Assembly: GCA_964236955.1 (NCBI GenBank)
Contig: CAXSGP010000081.1
Span: 1 to 22,420, forward strand
Origin: an uncultured Oligoflexus sp.
GTDB lineage: Bacteria; Bdellovibrionota_B; Oligoflexia; Oligoflexales; Oligoflexaceae
Direction: 5' to 3'
Length of the DNA: 22,420 nucleotides
The notes beneath the pieces are model-generated. The model saw only the letters and a program-made list of their open reading frames with translations, did not search any database and was not told the DNA's origin. Below are positions 16,709 through 22,420 of the stretch, piece after piece; within the stretch, counting starts at the first letter, position 1; each line of letters starts with the position of its first letter. The translations under genes and the position numbers were made by a program.

Positions 16709-19700
16709 CTATTGAAAGACTGATGTATGGCCCCGGTGGTTGATAAAGAGTTGGGTATCCAACCGGAAGATATCATTAATAGCTCGATCCCCAGGCGTGA
16801 TCCAACTGCCCAGTGCTCCGCTCGATTTAAGAACCGAAGCAGTCAATCCACGATGGTCTACGCCGCTGTTAAAATCTATGCCAGCACTTGCGACGCCAAG
16901 GTAGACTTCCGCTGCGCCGACGCCTACCTCGTTGAGCCAGCCACCGGCATCGATGTGAGCATCAAAACTCGTTACAGTGTTGGTCCCAAGATTGATTGCC
17001 ACAACCCCTCGGCGCGTATCGGTCAAGACCGTATCGAAGTCACCAGCCAAGTACAATAGGCCGTCCTCTATATCCATTCCAAACACTGCCAAGACACCGT
17101 TGGAAGCAGTACCACCGATTGTTAATGAGCGTGATGTCAAGGCATCGGTCGAAGTATCCAATTCCGCAAATAGTGTTCGCGTAGTCGCGTCAACCTGATC
17201 AAATCTTCCGCCCATATAAAGTCGAGTGCCATCGCTTGAGAGACGTAATACCTCGACTGCGGCGTTGACGACAGGAGATCCCACATCAGCATTTGCAGAT
17301 GTTGAATTGAGAACCGCGAAGCGGCTTAAAGACTGCCCGCCTATACTGGTGAAATTGCCTGCAACATACAGCTTGGACCCCAGGGCCGCGAGTTCAGTGA
17401 CGGTTTGATTGGTTGAAATCTGCGCATTGAATGGAGAGTTGAGCGCCCCCGACGTAGCATCTACCGAAGCAAGGTTGATACGCGCGACACCACCGATTGT
17501 TGCAAATTGGCCGCCGACGTAGAGCGTCGCACCCGACAAAGCAAGATCGTTGACCTGGGCTCCAACGGGGAGCAGTGCGTTGAAGCTGGTGGGTTCCCCC
17601 GTTTGGCGATCAAATGCCGCGAGACTCTGTCGAGCAACGCCATAGGCGGTGACGAATGAACCTCCCGCAAATACCTTGTCTCCAACCTTGCTGATGGCTC
17701 GGACGGAACCGTCAAGTTTAGGCACGAAATTGGAATCCATAGTGCCTGTGCTTGTATCAAAGGCAGTAAGGAAAGGATTGGCAACACTATCAATAGTTGC
17801 AAAATCACCTCCCACAAACAACCTCGATCCCGTAACTCCCAGCGCACGGACCACCCCGCTTGCCGGAGGTGCCCAACTCTGGATTGAACCGTTGGATTTG
17901 GCGACGGCCGCTAGGCGCGTACGCGACGCTCCACCCGCAGTCGAAAAGCTGCCTCCGAAATAAAGGGTGGATCCCGACACTGCAAGAGCATTCACCGTAC
18001 CGTTAGCACCGGGATCGAAGCCAGCGACAACGGAATCGGTCGTCAGGTCGTAGGCAGCAATCTTGTTTCGAACATGAGAATTTGAGCCATCCGTGACATT
18101 TGAAAACTCGCCTGCGACGTAGAGGATACTCCCATCGACAAGGAGCGATCGCACAATGCCATTGGCACCGAATTCACTTCCACTTACCTGCGTGCCTGTA
18201 GAGCTTGTTAAAGTGGTAAACTTTGCCGTCGAGGTTCCTGTGAAACTGCAATCACAGCCTACGAAAAGTTCAGATCCAGCTAACGCTAGGCTTGTCACTT
18301 CGCCGTCGGGATCCGCAGTAAAAGTGGTATTAAGGTTGCCGGTTGATCGGTCAACCGACGCAAGATATTCTTGTCCAACTCCTCCAAGCGTCGTAAACTT
18401 GCCTCCAACAAACAGATGCGTACTATCTATGGCAAGAGCTGCGACATAGTAGTTGCCGGCATCGATAGCGGCGTCAAATGCAGGATCAACACTCCCATCA
18501 GGACGTAAACGGACGAGATAACGCCTGAGATAGGCACCCACCCTTTCAAAGGAACCCCCAACATAAAGCGCCCCAGCTTCGTTAGGATCCTCTATGGCGG
18601 CACGCACGACACCGAAAAATTCCGGCCAATTTTTGCTTTCAGGCTGGGTCCCACTCCCTGCATCAAAAGTCGCACCGTAACCGATAACTTCACCAACTGA
18701 TTTGAAGGGTCCACCGACATACACCGTGCTGGCATTGGCAACCACAGCAGTATTCTCGGTTCCGCCCCAGTACTGACTGTTATAGACATCGAGGTTGATC
18801 GGCGTGCTAGCCGTACCTCCTGAACCCGTAACGGTCACCGTGTAGTTACGCTTCTTTCGATAGGAAGTTGGAGTTCCGCTAATGGCTCCAGTCGCGGTAT
18901 TAAGCGTAAGGCCCGGGCTTAACGCCGGTGAAATCCCAAAACTCAAAGGTCCCGTCCCCGCGATTACGGGCGTCACCGTTGTTGCATTATTCACAAGAAA
19001 GCGCGCAATTCCGTTGGGATAGGCGATGCTGGGAGCGATAGGCGCGGGTGTGGACGTGACTGTGACTGCCGCTTCGGGGGAGAGGCCGCTCTCGATGCCT
19101 TCATCGACAATCGAAACCGCATAGAAATAGCTTACTCCCGCCGTGAGTCCCATATGGGAATAGGGAGACGTCGCGCTGAGAATCTTATCACTCGATTTGC
19201 TAACAGGACTGGTTGTGCTCCAATAAAGGTTGCTGCTTGTTACCGTGGTGGCAAATCCCGTCCAAGTTACAAGAGCTTGTAGATTCCCAGTCACAGCCGT
19301 GAGTGTCGACGGGGGTAAAGGAGTCCATTGGGGAAGGTCAAGCTCCTTTGCCCCAGCCATGGGGAAAACCCAGATGCGTGAAGCACCCGGCGGAACAGAG
19401 GTTCCGTTCGGTACAAGATAGCTGGGAGCACTTGCCATTGGAGTTTCGCCGAGAAGCAAGGCCCGGCTCGCTGGACGTTCACGTCCCCCTAAATAGACGC
19501 GAAAACCCGTGATACCTGATGTCAGCAGAGGCAAAGTGATCGCCACGTTCCCGCCGATTGTTTCCGTCGAGTCGGTGTCGCTAAAACTAACGCTCACAGG
19601 AGCGAGGATCGCATCATCATAATGGTCTGGTTTAGGAAGTGTTGCGATATCAATGTAGGTGGAAGGAAAGACCTTTGACGTCGAAGTCGTTATATCGCCG

Positions 19701-20548
19701 AGTTGCGTTTGCACATCTACCGCAAATAAAACCAGCGATTTGGCAAGGCCATCGGCAAGAAATTGCGCTGCTGCGGACTTTTCTTCCTCGCTTGCGTTTT
19801 TCGTGACTTCACTTAGTCTGGCAGCGCAGTCGCGTTGCAAGGTCTGATCCTTGAGCAGCTGAAGCTTTAACGCCGCTCCCACTGCTTTCAAATAGTTGAC
19901 GGCACTTGGTATTTTACCGGCATCGGCGCTTGCTTCTATCGTTCTTAGGCGCTCGGAAAGGAGTGCCTTGAGTTCAACATAAGATGCGATGGCAGGGGCG
20001 GCCCCAGGATCAGAAATTGTTTCACGAACCAATCGCGCTGCCAGAGTGGTGGCAAGAGACAAGTCGACCCGGTTAGCCTGTGCTGCGGTACCCGCCTGCA
20101 CATCACCGTGCAGCGCCGACATTTCGGAGCCCGTGTCATCAGCCAGAGTCAGGCCCGGGGCTGACTTCAACTCGAAGCGAAATGCATAACCTGTCGTCCG
20201 CGGTTCAACTTCCTGCGGAATTCTTAGCGTTGCCGCAAAAGTGTAATGAGACGCTGGCATCGTAATCGCCAACTCCAACGACGGCTCGCCTCCCTGAACC
20301 GCAACTTTTACTTGTTTTCCGGCTGCGTCCAGAGCATAGGCGCTGAGTATAAATTTCTCTCCCGTCAGATCCAAATTTGGTCCGATCGCGGAGGCTAGTT
20401 TGAAGTCAATATTAATCTGAACACTCACGTCTTTCGTTTCACTTCCCTCAGCTGCTTGGGGAAACCGGAACAGATTGAGGACCGTACCTTCTTTTTTGCA
20501 GCCGCAAAGCCAAAACATAAGGACCAGGATAGAGAGCATGGATTTCAT
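16709..20548 (-). CDS. Large surface lipoprotein: Fn3 + putative Ig (He_PIG) + ~14-blade beta-propeller (delta-60-like repeats); probable adhesin
   Basis: Lipobox WLCGC. Fn3 at ~19060-19315 (LVTW...NLYWST...GLTAGVSYFYAV...ESGLS). He_PIG at ~18781-19037 (LSPGLTLNTATGAISGTPT...YTVTVT). About 14 repeats of V.aL...g..LYVGG.F at 16709-18780. Confidence 0.85.
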   Translation of the reverse strand: MKSMLSILVLMFWLCGCKKEGTVLNLFRFPQAAEGSETKDVSVQINIDFKLASAIGPNLDLTGEKFILSAYALDAAGKQVKVAVQGGEPSLELAITMPASHYTFAATLRIPQEVEPRTTGYAFRFELKSAPGLTLADDTGSEMSALHGDVQAGTAAQANRVDLSLATTLAARLVRETISDPGAAPAIASYVELKALLSERLRTIEASADAGKIPSAVNYLKAVGAALKLQLLKDQTLQRDCAARLSEVTKNASEEEKSAAAQFLADGLAKSLVLFAVDVQTQLGDITTSTSKVFPSTYIDIATLPKPDHYDDAILAPVSVSFSDTDSTETIGGNVAITLPLLTSGITGFRVYLGGRERPASRALLLGETPMASAPSYLVPNGTSVPPGASRIWVFPMAGAKELDLPQWTPLPPSTLTAVTGNLQALVTWTGFATTVTSSNLYWSTTSPVSKSSDKILSATSPYSHMGLTAGVSYFYAVSIVDEGIESGLSPEAAVTVTSTPAPIAPSIAYPNGIARFLVNNATTVTPVIAGTGPLSFGISPALSPGLTLNTATGAISGTPTSYRKKRNYTVTVTGSGGTASTPINLDVYNSQYWGGTENTAVVANASTVYVGGPFKSVGEVIGYGATFDAGSGTQPESKNWPEFFGVVRAAIEDPNEAGALYVGGSFERVGAYLRRYLVRLRPDGSVDPAFDAAIDAGNYYVAALAIDSTHLFVGGKFTTLGGVGQEYLASVDRSTGNLNTTFTADPDGEVTSLALAGSELFVGCDCSFTGTSTAKFTTLTSSTGTQVSGSEFGANGIVRSLLVDGSILYVAGEFSNVTDGSNSHVRNKIAAYDLTTDSVVAGFDPGANGTVNALAVSGSTLYFGGSFSTAGGASRTRLAAVAKSNGSIQSWAPPASGVVRALGVTGSRLFVGGDFATIDSVANPFLTAFDTSTGTMDSNFVPKLDGSVRAISKVGDKVFAGGSFVTAYGVARQSLAAFDRQTGEPTSFNALLPVGAQVNDLALSGATLYVGGQFATIGGVARINLASVDATSGALNSPFNAQISTNQTVTELAALGSKLYVAGNFTSIGGQSLSRFAVLNSTSANADVGSPVVNAAVEVLRLSSDGTRLYMGGRFDQVDATTRTLFAELDTSTDALTSRSLTIGGTASNGVLAVFGMDIEDGLLYLAGDFDTVLTDTRRGVVAINLGTNTVTSFDAHIDAGGWLNEVGVGAAEVYLGVASAGIDFNSGVDHRGLTASVLKSSGALGSWITPGDRAINDIFRLDTQLFINHRGHTSVFQ
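16712..18780 (-). repeat. Protein-level tandem repeats (~50 aa x ~14 propeller blades)
   Basis: Blade cores: TVYVGGPF, ALYVGGSF, HLFVGGKF, ELFVGCDC, ILYVAGEF, TLYFGGSF, RLFVGGDF, KVFAGGSF, TLYVGGQF, KLYVAGNF, RLYMGGRF, LLYLAGDF, EVYLGVAS, QLFINHRG. Confidence 0.8.
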
Positions 20549-20549
20549 C

Positions 20550-21977
20550 TTAAATACTCCAGCGAATGACGAGGTGGGCGGTTAAAAGCGGTTCCGAGAA
20601 CTCACCTCCAATGGCGTGATAACTAACCTCGGGTGAAATATGAACTGCCGACAAGGCTTCGCAATCTAATCCGACAGCAATCAAACCACCGGCATCGCTG
20701 TGCTTGTCAACGTTCTTACGTCCGGATGCGATCTGCTTGATTGCGCCATCCCACACGTAATATCCCGCACCCATTCCTGTGAAGGGCCGCAGCCGTCCTG
20801 TCCCAAAAAGATAATCTGCACGTATGGTGACAGTACTGACGTTAACAGATCCCGTAAGGGTGGGATCGGTCGCACGAAGCTTTGTTTTGCCACTTGCGGC
20901 CAGTGACAGACGGGCTGAGCCACTGGTCCCGTACCAAACGTTTTTACCGATACCAAGCCCAAAATGTCCAGAATTCTTGACCTGCCCTTTAAGCTTACTG
21001 TTGGCTGACAGGGCACCGCCGAAAACTAGAATATCGAGAAGTTCCGAGTGACTTTTCATCTGCGGGTCAGTTTGATCTTTAACCGATGGGCTGGTGACGG
21101 AAGGCAGCACAGAAACTGCCTCGACCACGCTTTCGGTTTTCTGCGTCGATAAAGGCGGACTAGGCTCAGATTGAGGGCTTATGGGCAAAATTTTCTTGTC
21201 CTCAACAGCTGCCACCTCGGCTATTTTCGGATCGCTCGTCCAGCGCATGATAACCCGCCGAGCAGCTTGCTTCTCTGTTTCCGTTTGCTTTTTACTGGGG
21301 CCTTTATCGACAACGCTACGAGTATCAATGCGATAGGGAGGTAGTCCGGCACGTACCAGTCGTTCGTAAACTCGCAGAGCTCTTAGCTCACCAAGGACTT
21401 GATTATAAGCAGGGTTACCTGAGCTGTCGGTGCGTCCCTCGATTAGCAGCGCGTCGTGACCCGATCTGCCTACCGCCTGTAAAAATTCTTTAAGTTTCGT
21501 GTCTTCAAAGCCAATGGGATCGGACGAAGCCGAGCCGAAGGTCACACTGATCGAGCCTTGCTCCTCTTGAGCTTTTGTATCAGCCTTTGGAACAAAACGT
21601 TGTGTCGAGCCAGCATTCGAGTCATGAACGGTTAAAACCTGAAGCGTCGCACTTCCCCCCGCTTTAATCTCGTTGAACAAGATTCGCGAAGGATCGACGC
21701 CGAGTTTCACCTGATGCTGAAAGATTTTGAGGGAGCGAGTACGCTCGATAATATACGCTTTAGAAGTCGGTTTTAAACCGGCAGTTCTCATATCGACTCG
21801 GATCACGATGTCGGCCTGATCCTTTACGATATTTGCGACATTGGTGAGTTCTTGACTTGCGATGTCTCCTATATTAACCGCTTCTTTGTCGAATGCGACC
21901 TCTACCTCAGAAGCAAAAAGATTCGGTACCCAGATGACGAAGCCAAAGATCAGCGATAAAGCGCGTAAAGCACTCAC
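20550..21977 (-). CDS. OmpA-family protein with inverted architecture: signal peptide - degenerate OmpA_C - OmpA_C - Pro/Ser/Glu linker - 8-stranded outer-membrane beta-barrel
   Basis: GTG with AAGGAG SD; signal peptide (LFA-S). IEGRTDSSGNPAYNQVLGELRALRV...AGLPPYRI...ARRV is OmpA_C. C-terminal amphipathic strands include LRPFTGMGAGYYVW, GLIAVGLDC, ISPEVSYH and LLTAHLVIRWSI. Confidence 0.85.
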   Translation of the reverse strand: MSALRALSLIFGFVIWVPNLFASEVEVAFDKEAVNIGDIASQELTNVANIVKDQADIVIRVDMRTAGLKPTSKAYIIERTRSLKIFQHQVKLGVDPSRILFNEIKAGGSATLQVLTVHDSNAGSTQRFVPKADTKAQEEQGSISVTFGSASSDPIGFEDTKLKEFLQAVGRSGHDALLIEGRTDSSGNPAYNQVLGELRALRVYERLVRAGLPPYRIDTRSVVDKGPSKKQTETEKQAARRVIMRWTSDPKIAEVAAVEDKKILPISPQSEPSPPLSTQKTESVVEAVSVLPSVTSPSVKDQTDPQMKSHSELLDILVFGGALSANSKLKGQVKNSGHFGLGIGKNVWYGTSGSARLSLAASGKTKLRATDPTLTGSVNVSTVTIRADYLFGTGRLRPFTGMGAGYYVWDGAIKQIASGRKNVDKHSDAGGLIAVGLDCEALSAVHISPEVSYHAIGGEFSEPLLTAHLVIRWSI

Positions 21978-22420
21978 CGGCTACTCCTTTGTAGTAAATT
22001 AGCGATAGGAAGCGGATTTAGGTGCAGGAAAGTCTTATGATAGGCAAAGAGATTACGAATGGCAATCATGTTCGAAGAGTTAAATGACTCGGTAACTCAA
22101 GCGAGTGGCGCAACTCACCAGGTGAGATCACCGGATCTCAACTTGTAGGAGAACCCAGTCGCAATCTATAACACGACTTAAATGACGAATGGTTATAAAG
22201 TCAGCGAAAGCTTGGAAGCCCGCTGCTCCAACCTAAATGGTCGCTGGAGTTCGCTGTCGGATACAAGAGTGCAATTGAATTGTTAGAACTCTACCGGGAA
22301 GAGTTCAGGGATCGTCGGGATGGGTTCTCAATCCGGGAAAAGGACAATGGCTCCTGACGATGGATGTCTTTTGAAATGAGTGGCATTTTGTAAAAATTCT
22401 ATCTTGGTACTTCGTGAGTT

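Noticed and set aside
16712..18780. Propeller repeats as CRISPR, DGR or nucleotide tandem repeats
   Set aside because: The repeats are visible only at protein level. No identical DNA repeats, cas genes or reverse transcriptase were seen.
22026..22035. CAGGAAAGTC resembles the RNase P RNA conserved GAGGAAAGUCC
   Set aside because: The flanking P4/CR elements and the 3' ACAGAA...CGGC motif are absent.

Overview
Bacterial chromosomal window. A Bdellovibrionota/Oligoflexia-like origin is a tentative inference from gene style only. It contains: the 3' end of a frameshifted CheA-type kinase; a pair of lipoprotein genes (PEGA-like, COG3014-like); a previously uncalled pepN pseudogene that keeps only its first ~17 and last ~54 codons, so most of the gene is deleted and the two ends are fused out of frame; a CFI-box-CTERM surface protein; an MBL-fold hydrolase; rpsP-rimM-trmD without rplS; a LivK-like binding protein plus SAM methyltransferase; a TPMT-like-ligA-pheA-thioredoxin lipoprotein-galE run; and a DUF1648 membrane protein. 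At the right end is a tightly coupled two-gene operon: an 'inverted OmpA' (two OmpA_C-like domains, then a C-terminal 8-strand barrel) and a 1279-aa lipoprotein with Fn3, Ig and ~14 beta-propeller blades. This pair is the best candidate for an undescribed surface-display/adhesion system. No tRNA, rRNA, CRISPR array, integrase or transposase was seen. All family assignments are from motif recognition by eye, not database searches.
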